A DNA stretch of 64,000 nt from Candidatus Obscuribacteraceae bacterium (GTDB lineage: Bacteria > Cyanobacteriota > Vampirovibrionia > Obscuribacterales > Obscuribacteraceae): the NCBI GenBank assembly GCA_044229845.1, contig JBGASG010000003.1, positions 256,001 through 320,000 of the forward strand. Reading direction: 5' to 3'. The number at the start of each line of letters is the position of its first letter. The stretch's first letter is position 1. The notes beneath the pieces were generated by a model. It did not search any database. It worked only from the letters and a program-made list of their open reading frames with translations, and had not been told where the DNA came from. Shown in pieces: positions 19,724-30,939 of the stretch. The position numbers and the translations under genes are program-made.

Positions 19724-19755
19724 GAAAGGGTCCGGAATGCATTCCGGACCCTTTC
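19724..19755. terminator. Perfect 32-bp palindrome, likely bidirectional terminator
   Basis: GAAAGGGTCCGGAATGCATTCCGGACCCTTTC lies between convergent rpsI and 19792..20259. Confidence 0.8.
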
Positions 19756-19791
19756 TCGTAACCTTTGTTCCTAAACCTCGGGGTGCTGGAC

Positions 19792-20259
19792 CTAAGCTGC
19801 GGCAGCCTTATCGGCTCGGGTTTTGCCTTCGACCCAGCGATGACCATCCGGAAACTGATACGCAGCCTGTCCGTTGGTGTTCTGCCAGGTGAGCGTGCCG
19901 GTACGCGGCTCGATGCGCAAGTTTTTGCCGACTTCGCCGTTGCCCATGTCATAGTTGCCGTCGCTGCGGCGCGTCCAGGCGGCACCGCCTGCCGAATTCC
20001 ATGTCACCTGCCCGATTTCGCCGTCCGGAGCGTAGGCGACAGTGAATTCCAACTGAGGGGTCTGCACGTGCACCGGGCGGTTAAACTGGTCGCGTTCAGC
20101 TACGGCGCCAAACGGACCGCTTGCGGTGTCAGGCTGGCGGGCGACGGTAATCGAATCCTTGACGCTATGAATCAGATCCGTGTCCGAAGATTGCGTCGCC
20201 CCCACGTCTCCCACTGCTGGGGTAGGAATGTCGTTGCCTTCGCCGCCTAATTGACCCAT
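19792..20259 (-). CDS. Hypothetical beta-rich protein with YD-repeat-like hairpins
   Basis: SD GAGG upstream; RDQFNRPVHV and YAPDGEIGQV resemble YD repeats. Confidence 0.7.
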   Translation of the reverse strand: MGQLGGEGNDIPTPAVGDVGATQSSDTDLIHSVKDSITVARQPDTASGPFGAVAERDQFNRPVHVQTPQLEFTVAYAPDGEIGQVTWNSAGGAAWTRRSDGNYDMGNGEVGKNLRIEPRTGTLTWQNTNGQAAYQFPDGHRWVEGKTRADKAAAA

Positions 20260-20393
20260 TTGACCGAATCCTCAAATATATAGCCACTGCTGTTTATATA
20301 CCCAAACCGCGCTTTTTATCCGTCGGTTTCGGTAATGCAAATAACAAAATGCCACAGGCTCTCAGTTTCCGGCTTCGAGAGGACCTTAGCACC

Positions 20394-20759
20394 CTAGCGC
20401 CCGGCTGATACACCGATCTGCGATTCGCCTTCGGTCACCTGTATCGATTCTACTTCCGGTTCCGCTTCAGACGGCTGGAAGTCTGCGCGCTCTGCCACCA
20501 CCGGCGGTGGCGCCACTCTGATATCACGCGGTTCTTTCATCTGCCCGTTGGCCCGGTAGTTATTTTGAAGCCTGGCAAACGCCACCAGGGCACAGATAAT
20601 CGCCGTCACGCCGACGCCGATCAGGACATAGCCGACACCATAGCCGTTATAGACAAGGAAAATGCCGGCGGCATTTATCACCGTCGACAGAAACATACCG
20701 CTCGGGATGAGGTACGCCTTCAGGTTCTGGATGAATTCTGCGCGCTCGACTGGATCCAC
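20394..20759 (-). CDS. Hypothetical membrane protein (2 TM helices, acidic tail)
   Basis: Two hydrophobic segments; GAGG upstream of the GTG start. Confidence 0.75.
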   Translation of the reverse strand: MDPVERAEFIQNLKAYLIPSGMFLSTVINAAGIFLVYNGYGVGYVLIGVGVTAIICALVAFARLQNNYRANGQMKEPRDIRVAPPPVVAERADFQPSEAEPEVESIQVTEGESQIGVSAGR

Positions 20760-20959
20760 GATCTAACCTCTACCGTCCGATAACCGCCGCTATCTTACAC
20801 CGTCTGCCAGCCTGGCATTCGATATCTGAAACGACTATAAAATTGCGTCTTCCGTTTGGATCTTTGACGGGTTACACTGTCTACACAATCTGAAGTAATA
20901 GGCATTATTTTTCACGAATCACAGCCTGCCGACTGCGACTAGAAAGACGCCACGGCTCC

Positions 20960-22330
20960 ATGGAACACCTGAGTTTCTGTTGCCCCTTCTGTCAGAAAGC
21001 TGTTTCTTTACCAGATAACTACTGCCAGTCCTGCGGAGAGCGCTTGCTCTGCGTCCAGATTCTGTCAGGGACTGCGCTTACGCAGTCAGTTGCCGATAAA
21101 GTCGAGCCCACACCATATATAGTGTCGCCTGGTTTCACCGCGCACCCGGTGCGCTGGCTGAGTCCGGAATGCGCAGTGGCATTTCAGCGCCGCTCTTCCG
21201 ACAAGCCTGCATTGCCCGAAGATACAAAAGCCACAGTCGGCGTTCGACCGCCACTAAGGAATAAATCTATGTCCCGATTGTTGTACGAAGTCGCCAACGA
21301 CATGGCGCCCGAAGATCCCTGCGAAATCACGATCGTGCTCACACAGGCGCAGCTCTACCAGAGCGGCTCCTACCATAATCCATATCCCACCCGCCACGAC
21401 GGCCGCGCACTCGTGGACATGTGCGTGCAACTAAGTGCGGTGGCACTAGCGATAGTCACAGTCGGTATCGGTACCGAAACCATCCTCAATCCACATGATG
21501 GTCAGGTCAACCAGGTATTCAAAGCCGCGAAAACAGCGCTCATCAGCCAGCGCCCGGAGAAGGCAGCAGATATTCTCGAATCGATTCCCAGAGGCACACC
21601 CAATATTCTCAACGTCGAGCGGCGCGCAATATTCGAAGACGCCATGATTGCCCGCGCCCGACAGCAAACCCAAAGTGGTCTCTATGCCCAAGCGCTCGCC
21701 GATCTGTCGCGCGTCCAGGCTCAGTCGCCGCTCTCGGCGGAAGCGACCCGCCTGGCTATCGAGTGCAGAAACCTGCAGGCTTTGGCACTGGACACAAAGT
21801 CCAGCACCACGCCGGCCACAGAATTTTTGAAGACCGACGCCGACACGCAAATCGCCGCCGTTCCACCTTCTACACCAGCAGCGTCTGCACCGCGGGTTTC
21901 TTCCACAGCAGCCTCGCTGCCTCTGTCCACCCAGGTGGCGTCGGCGCAGAGCAGTTATCCGGTTTCTCCGTACAAGGCCTTCCGCACATGGACCCGAGAC
22001 CAAACCAAGCAACTCGCAAGAGTCTCACCGAAAAGCTCGCTGACCTCCATCGACTCACAGTTGCCGCCGCAACTGCTGCCCGCGTCCGGCTCCGCTCCCA
22101 GCGTTTCTCCAGAGGTTCCAGCCGGCAGCGGACCATCAAACGCGCCTCCCAGCGAAGGCACATCTTATTGGATGCAGGAAAGTTCCAACAACACAGACGA
22201 ACCGGCAGCGACAGCACCGGACATTGAGCCGGCTCCGGCCCAAGACATCGCCCCCGTAGAGGCGCCAGCCGTGCCCAAACGCGAGTGGAAGACTGCACCG
22301 AGCGGCAAGACGAAGTTCGCCGACAACTAG
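20960..22330 (+). CDS. Hypothetical protein: zinc ribbon, TM, helical/TPR-like region, Pro/Ser/Ala-rich tail
   Basis: CPFC...CQSC at N-terminus; hydrophobic LSAVALAIVTVGIG; low-complexity C-terminus. Confidence 0.7.
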   Translation: MEHLSFCCPFCQKAVSLPDNYCQSCGERLLCVQILSGTALTQSVADKVEPTPYIVSPGFTAHPVRWLSPECAVAFQRRSSDKPALPEDTKATVGVRPPLRNKSMSRLLYEVANDMAPEDPCEITIVLTQAQLYQSGSYHNPYPTRHDGRALVDMCVQLSAVALAIVTVGIGTETILNPHDGQVNQVFKAAKTALISQRPEKAADILESIPRGTPNILNVERRAIFEDAMIARARQQTQSGLYAQALADLSRVQAQSPLSAEATRLAIECRNLQALALDTKSSTTPATEFLKTDADTQIAAVPPSTPAASAPRVSSTAASLPLSTQVASAQSSYPVSPYKAFRTWTRDQTKQLARVSPKSSLTSIDSQLPPQLLPASGSAPSVSPEVPAGSGPSNAPPSEGTSYWMQESSNNTDEPAATAPDIEPAPAQDIAPVEAPAVPKREWKTAPSGKTKFADN

Positions 22331-22441
22331 AAACGCAGACCCTCAAAAAGTGACTCGGACGGCTGGTCAACACCAGCCGCCCAAGCCGAGCTACACCCCA
22401 ATTCGATCAGACAATGCTTTTAAGGCGAAACCACCGTTGTC

Positions 22442-22945
22442 ATGAGCCTTACAATTCATACGTACCCGGATATCCGCCTCCCGAAACGGTTTTCGGCTCT
22501 CCATCACGTTAAATGGGTCTCACGCATGTTAAACGAAGTTCAGAAAACTATCCACGTGCGCCGGCTGGTACGCGGGCAAGACTTGCGCCGCGAGCTGGCC
22601 AACATGGCTGCCGACCACGAAATTGGAGCCGGCGTCATCATCAGCCTCGTAGGTTCTCTGACGGAAGCGCGCCTGCGCATGGCCGGCGGTCACAAGGTGC
22701 GGCATTTCGAGGGACCGCTGGAAATCGTGTCGGCGACAGGCACTATCTATAAAGATGGCATGCACGTACATACGGCAGTATCCGATTCGACCGGCACCAC
22801 ATTTGGTGGCCACCTCATGGACGGGTGCATCGTCAAAACAACGGTCGAAATAGTTCTGCAAGACCTGAGCGAAGCCTGGCAGTTCACGCGAGCCCACGAC
22901 ACTGCCACCGGCTACTCTGAGCTTGTGGCAGTCCCCGTTTCGTGA
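22442..22945 (+). CDS. PPC/DUF296 domain protein (start may be ~22526)
   Basis: RLVRGQDL, SLVGSL, LEIVSATGT, HVH, GGHLMDG. Confidence 0.9.
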   Translation: MSLTIHTYPDIRLPKRFSALHHVKWVSRMLNEVQKTIHVRRLVRGQDLRRELANMAADHEIGAGVIISLVGSLTEARLRMAGGHKVRHFEGPLEIVSATGTIYKDGMHVHTAVSDSTGTTFGGHLMDGCIVKTTVEIVLQDLSEAWQFTRAHDTATGYSELVAVPVS

Positions 22946-22971
22946 AGTCTGCGCGACCGGCGGTCGCCAGG

Positions 22972-23433
22972 TTACTTCAGTTTGTCTTTGAACAGTCCAA
23001 CACCTAGACCCAACGCTGCGCCAACACCGGCAGCGGTAGCCGTTTTCTTGCCCGAGCCATGCCCTTTGGTGGCAGACAACCCGAGCCCGGTTCCGATTAG
23101 TGCACCAGTGGCGGTATCTTTAATCAGAGGATGACGTTTCATCGTCTGAGACTTGCTCACCACTCCGACTCCGGCACCGGTAGCTGCGCCGATTCCCGCA
23201 CCGCGCAAGGTACCCTTGCCTGATATCAGTCCGGTGACTGCGCCCGCACCGGCACCAACTCCGGCACCGATTGTCGCTCCCTTCACCTTCGGGTGACTGT
23301 TCAAATAGCCTTTGACGCCGCCGCCGGAAGTGTTTTTCGACACATTGGCCTGATACTGAGCCATAGTGGCAGTGCCGTTTGCCATCACCACGGCCGCGAC
23401 CAGAAGTGCAGCATAGGCCGGTTTCTTACTCAT
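22972..23433 (-). CDS. Exported glycine-zipper protein
   Basis: Signal peptide followed by repeated GAxIGAGxGA motifs; SD GAGG. Confidence 0.8.
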   Translation of the reverse strand: MSKKPAYAALLVAAVVMANGTATMAQYQANVSKNTSGGGVKGYLNSHPKVKGATIGAGVGAGAGAVTGLISGKGTLRGAGIGAATGAGVGVVSKSQTMKRHPLIKDTATGALIGTGLGLSATKGHGSGKKTATAAGVGAALGLGVGLFKDKLK

Positions 23434-23572
23434 ATAAATCAATCCTCAAAAAAAGGATCAGCAACCCAGTATTTATCTTAGTCCAGTCAGGCAAACCTGA
23501 CCAGTAGAGGGACTGTCGCGACGAATAGAAAGTAAAATAACCCTTGGTCACGAGTCTAATACGTGAGATGTC

Positions 23573-25846
23573 ATGGCTAAGCAAGACGGTTCAGGCAAGA
23601 AACGCAAACCACCTGTCGACCTTTCTCAGTTGGGAAAGGCGAAGCAGAAGGCGAAAGCCAGCCGCGCCGCCGCCCGCAGTCAGGCGACCACCGAAAATCG
23701 CCTGAGCGGCACCGGCGAAATTTCCGGACTACCTTTAGATATCGATTGGAAACTGTTGGCGATCTTCGCTGCCATTGCCGCTTCGCTGGCGATCGCCGCG
23801 CATATCAATTCGATATCCAACACTATCGTTTTCCAAGATCGCGCGACACTGACACCAATTGCCAGCGTTCTCAAAGAAGATGCATTGTGGCGAGGCATCG
23901 GCACAGACCTCGTCACCAAGCCCCTCACGCAGCCGTGGGTGCGCGTGTCATATGCCCTCGATTGGATGAACTATAAAACCACAGTCAGCTGGTTCCACGC
24001 GGCCAACGTGGCTGTCCACACCCTGACGACGCTATACGTTTATCTCTTTTGCTGGCGATTGGGAAGGCGGTGGCAGCTGCAAGCGAAATACAGTCTCAGC
24101 CCTGAATTCATGGCCCTTTGTGCGGCTGGTCTCTTCGCCGTGCATCCATTTACCAGCGAGACCGTTGCCTATCTTTCCTCACGCTCGCCGCTGATCGCCA
24201 CCAACAATATTATGTTGGCACTCAACACCTTCTTGATGGCAGTCCTCGCGAAGCGATTCAACACCAGGATTTACGCCTGGATCCTCACGATCGCCGCCGG
24301 CTATATGGCCGTCACCAGCGGTCTGGAAGCGCTTGCTCTGCCGCTTTTGATGATCTTGACTCTCTGGACAATCAAGCCCGAAGAGCAATCGTTCGTCGAC
24401 TGGATATACGACAGATTGCCCGCGATCGGATTCTCTATGTTGCTGTTGTTGGGTCTGCCGTTTCTGTTGCTCCTCGGTGCCACGTATCCGCAAGGCACCA
24501 GCTATGCCCAGGAAACCCTCAATCAGATTGGCTACCTGAAGGCGCAGGGCACCGCACTGATCACCTATTACCTGCCGAAGTTCTTTGTGCCCTGGGGGCT
24601 ATCAATAGATCCGCAGTACCAGTTCAAAGACGTGATCAACTACGCCACCATTCCCGGTCTGGCGGTATTTGGTTTTGCAATCGCTACGGCAATCAAGTTT
24701 CGCCAATTGCCGTTTGTCCTCTTCTCAAGCCTGTTCACAGTCTTCGCACTCTTGCCTCACGTGATTCTTGTGCAGCCGCAAGCGGTAGCAGATTCAGCCT
24801 TTTACCTGCCGCTGATCGGTCTGTGCACCTTATGCGGTGGCTTGATTTCGATTGCATTTAAAGCCAATCCGCGCCCAACAGTTGCGGCAGCCTCGGTAGT
24901 GGCGCTGGCACTCCTGGCTCTGACCAGCTATCGCAACTCCGAATGGACCAACGATCTGGCACTCTGGGAATCGACGGTCAGAGCCAGCCAGAAGAGTCCA
25001 CGCGCCCACGCCTTGCTTGCAGTCGAGCTGATAAAACAGCAAAAAGACGACCGGGCATTGGCGGAGGCGAACCGCGCCACCGAACTTGGTGACAAGTACG
25101 CGCTGGGCTGGGTGGCCAAAGGCAACCTTGCCTTGCAGCGTAAAGATTACGCTGAGGCCGAAAAGGCCTTTGAAAAGGCAGTTGCAGCTTGCAATGAGAA
25201 AGTGCAGGCGAGCGAAATCACCACAGCCGCAGGACTTGGTCTGTCCGAGGCGTATTTGAAACAGGACAAGCCGGACAAGGCTTTGACGATTTTGTACACA
25301 CTCGGCGCTAAGACAAAAGGCGACCCGCGCGCCAGTGCTGTAGCGGCACTGGCAACATATCAGACCGGTAACCCGCGAAAGTCTTATGTTTACTTGCAGC
25401 AGGCTGCTGAACTCAACCCCATGAATGAAGAACTCTGGTCGAAACTGGCGGACGTTTCGTTGCAGTTGCACAAGAAAGAAGCGTTGCGTGCCGCTGCCAT
25501 CGCCAATCAGCTCGAACCATCTGCCATCAATAAGCTGCTCCTGGCCCGCTCGCTCTTCGCCAACGATAGGGCGGTTGACGCAAAAACTATCCTGCACGAC
25601 CTCGCCGATCAGTCCCCAAAGGATGCCAGAGTTCTCGCCATGCTGAGCCGCGCTCATGAACAGGACGGCGAAACGCAAGAGGCTGAGAAATTCAAGAAAC
25701 AGGCACTGGCCATCGACCCGACCATATTCAGCAAAGACCTGTTTGCTGAAATTCACGGACGTAAACCGGGAGCCGGCAGCCCGGTACCTCCGGCGGGCGA
25801 CAAACCAGCCGCCGCCCCCACAGGGCCAGCCCCAGCGAGTCACTGA
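23573..25846 (+). CDS. TMTC-like multi-pass membrane (GT-C-like) protein with C-terminal TPRs
   Basis: FHAANVAVH, LFAVHP...ETVAYLSSR, PWGLSID, RNSEWTNDLALW followed by TPR repeats. Confidence 0.85.
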   Translation: MAKQDGSGKKRKPPVDLSQLGKAKQKAKASRAAARSQATTENRLSGTGEISGLPLDIDWKLLAIFAAIAASLAIAAHINSISNTIVFQDRATLTPIASVLKEDALWRGIGTDLVTKPLTQPWVRVSYALDWMNYKTTVSWFHAANVAVHTLTTLYVYLFCWRLGRRWQLQAKYSLSPEFMALCAAGLFAVHPFTSETVAYLSSRSPLIATNNIMLALNTFLMAVLAKRFNTRIYAWILTIAAGYMAVTSGLEALALPLLMILTLWTIKPEEQSFVDWIYDRLPAIGFSMLLLLGLPFLLLLGATYPQGTSYAQETLNQIGYLKAQGTALITYYLPKFFVPWGLSIDPQYQFKDVINYATIPGLAVFGFAIATAIKFRQLPFVLFSSLFTVFALLPHVILVQPQAVADSAFYLPLIGLCTLCGGLISIAFKANPRPTVAAASVVALALLALTSYRNSEWTNDLALWESTVRASQKSPRAHALLAVELIKQQKDDRALAEANRATELGDKYALGWVAKGNLALQRKDYAEAEKAFEKAVAACNEKVQASEITTAAGLGLSEAYLKQDKPDKALTILYTLGAKTKGDPRASAVAALATYQTGNPRKSYVYLQQAAELNPMNEELWSKLADVSLQLHKKEALRAAAIANQLEPSAINKLLLARSLFANDRAVDAKTILHDLADQSPKDARVLAMLSRAHEQDGETQEAEKFKKQALAIDPTIFSKDLFAEIHGRKPGAGSPVPPAGDKPAAAPTGPAPASH

Positions 25847-25956
25847 GCTGAAATTGTGAAGGCAGAACGCGCGAAAAACAGCGGGATTTCGTGCTGCTAA
25901 TGCTGGAGGGGCGCCAGTACTGTACACTTGGCTTCCCAAACAGCGGCGGGAGCCCG

Positions 25957-26229
25957 ATGAGCGACTATATCTGGTATTTGATCATGGCGACAGTGGTCGG
26001 CACGGCATTTCTGCCTCTGCTGCTGCGTCAAAAATGCACGCGCTGCAAGAAACGCATCCTCAAACAGATCAACCAGATAGAAGCCGTCGATCCGGACTTA
26101 CTGCAAGACGAGCCCAAGTTCTCGACCTACTTCTGGTGCAAACCATGCGACATCATTCTGCGTCGGGAGCGCACCGGTCCGCTAGAGATAATCAGCGAGG
26201 CGGAACAAGTTCCGCAAGCCGTTTCTTAA
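25957..26229 (+). CDS. Small membrane-anchored protein with CxxC...CxxC zinc ribbon
   Basis: GGGAG SD; N-terminal TM; CTRC and CKPC. Confidence 0.65.
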   Translation: MSDYIWYLIMATVVGTAFLPLLLRQKCTRCKKRILKQINQIEAVDPDLLQDEPKFSTYFWCKPCDIILRRERTGPLEIISEAEQVPQAVS

Positions 26230-28291
26230 TCGCATCCAGATCCGTCAAAGGTTTTTCGCAAGCATAGTTTTCGCACAGATAGACGGTCGGCATGCCGTCG
26301 GCCAGTCCGCGCGAGACAAGAAGCGGGCTCTGTGATGTCGTCTCATTCGCTCCTGCGCCACCAAGGATGATGGCACCATTGGGCAAATAGATGCGGTGCA
26401 GAGCAAACAGCACGTCGCGCCAGTCGTCTTTCTGCAGGTCGGCGACCAGTGCTATTTCTACCTTGCGAGCCAGATGAAACTCAAGTGCAGTCAGCAAGCT
26501 GGCAAACTGGAAATGAGCTTTTTCCATCGCCTGTCCGTACAGCCGCAGCACAGCTGCGCCCGTCTTAGAATACTTGTCCTGCCCTGTGAGCACTCCCAGG
26601 CGCAACAGAGCAAATACGGCTACCGATGTGGGTGCCGGCACCGAACTATCAAGGAATATCCTCGTCCGCGTAATCAGCTTTTCGTGCGAATGACTGGTAT
26701 AGAAGAAACCGCCTTCGCTGGCATCGAGAAACTGTTCGACCATCGCATCGGTTATTTCAATTGCAGCGAAGAGCCAGCGCGGATCGGCATCGACCGCCAC
26801 CAGATCGATGAGAGCTTGCGAAAAGTATGAGTAATCATCCAGATAGCCCTTCAGTTTGCTCTGTCCACGTCCATACGTGCGATAGAGACAGCCGTCTCGC
26901 CACATGTGATCGAGAATGAACGCTGCTGCTTTGCGAGCGGCTTCCAGATATCGCTCGTCTCCCAGCACCCCATAACCGGCTGCCAGAGCCGAAATCATCA
27001 GACTGCTCCAACTCGTCAATATCTTTTCGTCGCGCCCCGGACGCACTCGCTTCGACCGCTCTTCCATGAGCTTCTGCTTTAACGGATCGGCTTTTGCGAA
27101 AAACTCCTCCTCGGTCAATTTGAATTTTGTACAGAGTTCCTGCAGTGAAGCGCTGAAACGCGGCACACTCTTGCCGTGCTCGAAGTTGCCGGTCTCCGTA
27201 ATGCTGTATACCTCACAGAACCACTTGCCGTCGGCTTCGCCGAGGATTGTTTTTACCTCCTTGGGGTCGAATACGTAGAACTTGCCTTCCTCTCCCTCGC
27301 TGTCGGCATCCAGACTGCAATAGAAAGGACCCTCCGGTGCCGTCATTTCACTCAGCACGAAGTCCAACAGGTCTTTCGCTACTCGGCGCCAGTATGTGCG
27401 TCCGGTCAAAACATACCCGTCCAGATAGTTCTTGCACAGCAACGCATTGTCGTAGAGCATCTTTTCGAAGTGAGGCACGGTCCAGTATTTATCCACCGAA
27501 TAGCGAGCGAATCCGCCCCCGAGATGGTCGTGGATGCCACCAAATGCCATTTGATCTAGATTCTTCTCCACCATCTCCATTGCCAGCTTGGACGTGGAGG
27601 GAGATGCGTAGGGGACTCGCCGCAGAGCCAGATCGATAATGCCGCAACTGGGGAATTTCGGTCCAGCCGGACTGAAACCACCCCACGTGCGATCGAGTAA
27701 ATGACCGAAGTGCTCAAGCGCCTCATCGACCAGCTTGCCATTGAGATCGGTTTCGCTTTTGGGAACCTGATCAAACAGTGAGAGATGCTCCGTTATCTCG
27801 GCAGCTCCCTCCAGCACACTTTCCGGTTGCTCCTTCCAGGCTCTGTGCACGGACGCCAGAAGCCGCTTAAAAGAGGGCATGCCGTGCCGATCTTCAGGCG
27901 GGAAATAGGTGCCGGCATAAAAAGGCTTCAGGTCAGGAGTCAAAAACACCGTCATCGGCCAGCCGCCATGCCCGGTCAAAAGCTGCACAGCCTTCATGTA
28001 GATCTCATCTATATCAGGCCGTTCTTCGCGGTCTACTTTGATGTTGACGAAAAGCTCATTCATCAGCTCAGCAGTAGCATCATCCTCAAAAGACTCGTGC
28101 TCCATGACGTGGCACCAGTGGCACGCCGAGTAACCGACAGACAACAATATCGGTTTGTTCTCTTCGCGTGACCGCTGCAGAGCTTCATCACTCCACGGAT
28201 ACCAGTCGACAGGATTGTTCTGGTGTTGCAACAGGTACGTACTCGTCTCGTTGGCAAGACGATTCGGTTTGCGCTGGCTCTTACTGGGCAC
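26192..28291 (-). CDS. YyaL/SPATA20-like thioredoxin-domain (DUF255) alpha-barrel protein (ORF open to 28360; likely GTG start 28291)
   Basis: [54 protein letters not shown]. Confidence 0.95.
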   Translation of the reverse strand: MPSKSQRKPNRLANETSTYLLQHQNNPVDWYPWSDEALQRSREENKPILLSVGYSACHWCHVMEHESFEDDATAELMNELFVNIKVDREERPDIDEIYMKAVQLLTGHGGWPMTVFLTPDLKPFYAGTYFPPEDRHGMPSFKRLLASVHRAWKEQPESVLEGAAEITEHLSLFDQVPKSETDLNGKLVDEALEHFGHLLDRTWGGFSPAGPKFPSCGIIDLALRRVPYASPSTSKLAMEMVEKNLDQMAFGGIHDHLGGGFARYSVDKYWTVPHFEKMLYDNALLCKNYLDGYVLTGRTYWRRVAKDLLDFVLSEMTAPEGPFYCSLDADSEGEEGKFYVFDPKEVKTILGEADGKWFCEVYSITETGNFEHGKSVPRFSASLQELCTKFKLTEEEFFAKADPLKQKLMEERSKRVRPGRDEKILTSWSSLMISALAAGYGVLGDERYLEAARKAAAFILDHMWRDGCLYRTYGRGQSKLKGYLDDYSYFSQALIDLVAVDADPRWLFAAIEITDAMVEQFLDASEGGFFYTSHSHEKLITRTRIFLDSSVPAPTSVAVFALLRLGVLTGQDKYSKTGAAVLRLYGQAMEKAHFQFASLLTALEFHLARKVEIALVADLQKDDWRDVLFALHRIYLPNGAIILGGAGANETTSQSPLLVSRGLADGMPTVYLCENYACEKPLTDLDAIKKRLAELVPPR

Positions 28292-28403
28292 TTCGACATC
28301 CTCGCGAGAGGCGACAATTATCGCATTGAAGCGCTCGCAGTGCCGCCGCCCGGCTGCCAAGAGCGGACGCCGGAGTGTCGTCAGCAGGTTATGCTTAGGG
28401 CGT

Positions 28404-29711
28404 ATGGATAGCTACGAGTACATCGTTATCGGCGGCGGCGTCATGGGCGCATCAGTTGCGTATCAACTGGCGGCAGAGAAGCGCAGTGTGCTCTTACTCG
28501 AACAGTTTGAAATCGGACACGTGCGATCAGCATCGCATGGCGAATCGCGCATTTTCCGCGTCGCCTACGACCATCCGGACTACATCAACCTGGCTCGAAC
28601 CAGTCTCGAAATGTGGCGCATGATTGAGCAGGAAGCAGGCGAGCACCTGCTTGTCATCACCGGTCTGCTGGACTTCGGACCCAAGAACGACCGCGGACTC
28701 AAGGACACTATTGAAAGCCTGCAATCCGAGGACGAACCATTTGAGAAACTGACGCCGAAAACGACTGCCAAGAAGTTTCCCCAGATTCAACTGCCGGAAG
28801 ACTGCCACGCGATATTCACTAGGGACGCCGGTATTTTGCGGGCAAGCAAATGCGTGAAGGTACTTCTGGACCGAGCCCGACAGCGGGGTGCCCATCTAGT
28901 TGAGTATGCGGCGGTGCGGGAAATTGATGTCTCACCCGATTTGGTAATCGTCTATACAGAGGTGCAGGCTTACTCAGCGAAGAAACTGATCGTTACCGCT
29001 GGTCCGTGGAGCAACAAGCTTCTGCAAAAGAACGACATTCAGCTGCCGCTGACCGTAACGCAAGAACAGGTAGTCTACGTCCGCCCCTCGCATCCCAATC
29101 TTTTTCGCGCCGGCAACTTTCCGGTTTTTTGCGGGCACGGAGGCATCGGCAGCGGTAGCATCGGCTTGTACGGCTTCCCCACCCTCACCGAACCGGGTGT
29201 CAAAGTCGCTTATCACCAGTCCGGCGATGTCACCACAGCCGATACCAGAAACTTCGACCTGAACGAGCCCAAGGCGCGCCGATTAATAGAAGATGCACGA
29301 AAGCTGCTGCCGGATCTGACCGCGGAAATTCAGTCATTCAGTACCTGCCTGTATACGCTGACACCGGATCAGCACTTCATCGTCGACCACCTTCCCGGTC
29401 ATCCCAATGTGGCGATCGGAACCGGCTTCTCCGGTCACGGATTCAAGTTCGCGCCGGTGATCGGACGCATGTTGATCGACATCGTCAGGCACGGGGACAC
29501 CGAGTTTCCGCACGATTTATTCCGCATTTCGCGATTCGCCCAGGCGCCGGTCGAACCAGCCACAACCACAGCAACGCCAGTAGTGCCGACCACCGCCGGC
29601 ACAGTCAAACAAAATTCGGGCGCAAAAACAGGCAAAGCCGGAAAAGCTGCGGCGCCTTCCCCACCGAAGACTGAGCGCAAGAAAGCCAAATCAAAAAAAG
29701 GCCGCAAATGA
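28404..29711 (+). CDS. Sarcosine oxidase / N-methyltryptophan oxidase family FAD oxidase with basic C-terminal tail
   Basis: [29 protein letters not shown] (flavinylated Cys position), GFSGHGFKF. Confidence 0.9.
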   Translation: MDSYEYIVIGGGVMGASVAYQLAAEKRSVLLLEQFEIGHVRSASHGESRIFRVAYDHPDYINLARTSLEMWRMIEQEAGEHLLVITGLLDFGPKNDRGLKDTIESLQSEDEPFEKLTPKTTAKKFPQIQLPEDCHAIFTRDAGILRASKCVKVLLDRARQRGAHLVEYAAVREIDVSPDLVIVYTEVQAYSAKKLIVTAGPWSNKLLQKNDIQLPLTVTQEQVVYVRPSHPNLFRAGNFPVFCGHGGIGSGSIGLYGFPTLTEPGVKVAYHQSGDVTTADTRNFDLNEPKARRLIEDARKLLPDLTAEIQSFSTCLYTLTPDQHFIVDHLPGHPNVAIGTGFSGHGFKFAPVIGRMLIDIVRHGDTEFPHDLFRISRFAQAPVEPATTTATPVVPTTAGTVKQNSGAKTGKAGKAAAPSPPKTERKKAKSKKGRK

Positions 29712-30925
29712 GCACCGGCGACCTACCGGCACCTACAGATGCCGGTGCAGAGCCAGTCCCGTTCATAGACCTGCACGTCGCACAGCGCATCGCCGAACGC
29801 GCGGCAAATGACTCACTCAGACAACTGCGATTTTTGCTCTGGGCTGTGGTGAGCATCATAACTCCAGGCTGCATCGCAGAATTCGCCGGACTGCACTTCG
29901 GTTCGTACATGACTGTCCCCTACTTTTACTACCTGGCATTGCCTGTCTTCTTTGGAGCATACGCCAGTTCCCAAGAGAGCCTGAAAGTTCAACAGGCGCT
30001 GGCAAAGGGCGACCTGGACGAAGTGTCCATAATATGTCCGCGGGCTGCCGTGTGGAACTACATGTGGTGCCCGGTGACACTGAAGCAATACCAGAACTGC
30101 CTGCTCGCTGAAGAAAGAATGCTGATCGCAGAAGGCCGTTATATCGAACTTGAGGCCATGTTGCGTTATCTCTGGGCTCAAAGCGAACAGCGGGCTGTTT
30201 CAATTGGCATACCCCAGGATGTTTTCATCGCCACTCACCTGGTTATGTCATTGATGGAGCAACAGCGATACGCCGAAGCGGCATTAATCCTGCAGAAACA
30301 GCTGGATTTAGCGAAGCAGAAGGACAAACTGCAGATAGAGTGCCAGCTGGCACTCTGTTACGCGCACCTCGGACGATTCGATGACGCCGACAATCTCATC
30401 CAGGACTGCCGCCAGGAAGGTCGAGTGGTCTATCTCGCCGATCAGTTCACCCTCACTCTCGCCGAGTGCATGATACAGCTAGAGCGCGCCGACCTTGATG
30501 AGTGCGAAGAGTCAGCACAAAAGTGCCTCAAGCTCTGCCAGAAAGTGGACCTGACCGGAGACTTTCAACCTTCCTACAACCGATTGATTGGCAAAATTCG
30601 TGCAAAACAAGAGCGGTACGAGGAAGCGGAACTGAACTTCAGAAACGCCCTCGACCTAGCACAAAGCGCCGCAAATCCAGATTTACTAAGCATCAAAGAT
30701 ATTCTCAACGATTTCGCTACGGTGCTGGCAAAAGCCGGCAAACCCGAGTTGGCCAACGAGAAAACGGCGCAAGCAAACCGCGTCAGAGACATCTACGCCA
30801 GGAGGGAACGCCGGGCGATTTCAGCAATACTTACCCGTCTGGATAACAAACAGAATATCTGGGTGGCGCCGCAGATCTTGTCCACAGAAAGGCGGCGTAA
30901 CTTGCTGGGAGAACGACTCTCGTAG
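29708..30925 (+). CDS. Membrane-anchored TPR protein
   Basis: Two N-terminal TM segments; QQRYAEAA, GRFDDAD, QERYEEAE TPR motifs; ATGA overlap with the oxidase stop. Confidence 0.75.
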   Translation: MSTGDLPAPTDAGAEPVPFIDLHVAQRIAERAANDSLRQLRFLLWAVVSIITPGCIAEFAGLHFGSYMTVPYFYYLALPVFFGAYASSQESLKVQQALAKGDLDEVSIICPRAAVWNYMWCPVTLKQYQNCLLAEERMLIAEGRYIELEAMLRYLWAQSEQRAVSIGIPQDVFIATHLVMSLMEQQRYAEAALILQKQLDLAKQKDKLQIECQLALCYAHLGRFDDADNLIQDCRQEGRVVYLADQFTLTLAECMIQLERADLDECEESAQKCLKLCQKVDLTGDFQPSYNRLIGKIRAKQERYEEAELNFRNALDLAQSAANPDLLSIKDILNDFATVLAKAGKPELANEKTAQANRVRDIYARRERRAISAILTRLDNKQNIWVAPQILSTERRRNLLGERLS

Positions 30926-30939
30926 ATTGGACCCAGCCG

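Noticed and set aside
23480..23515. GGCAAACC hairpin as a c-di-GMP-I riboswitch
   Set aside because: Lacks the GAAA-capped stem and GGGACGCAAAG continuation; only a simple GTCAGG/CCTGAC hairpin.
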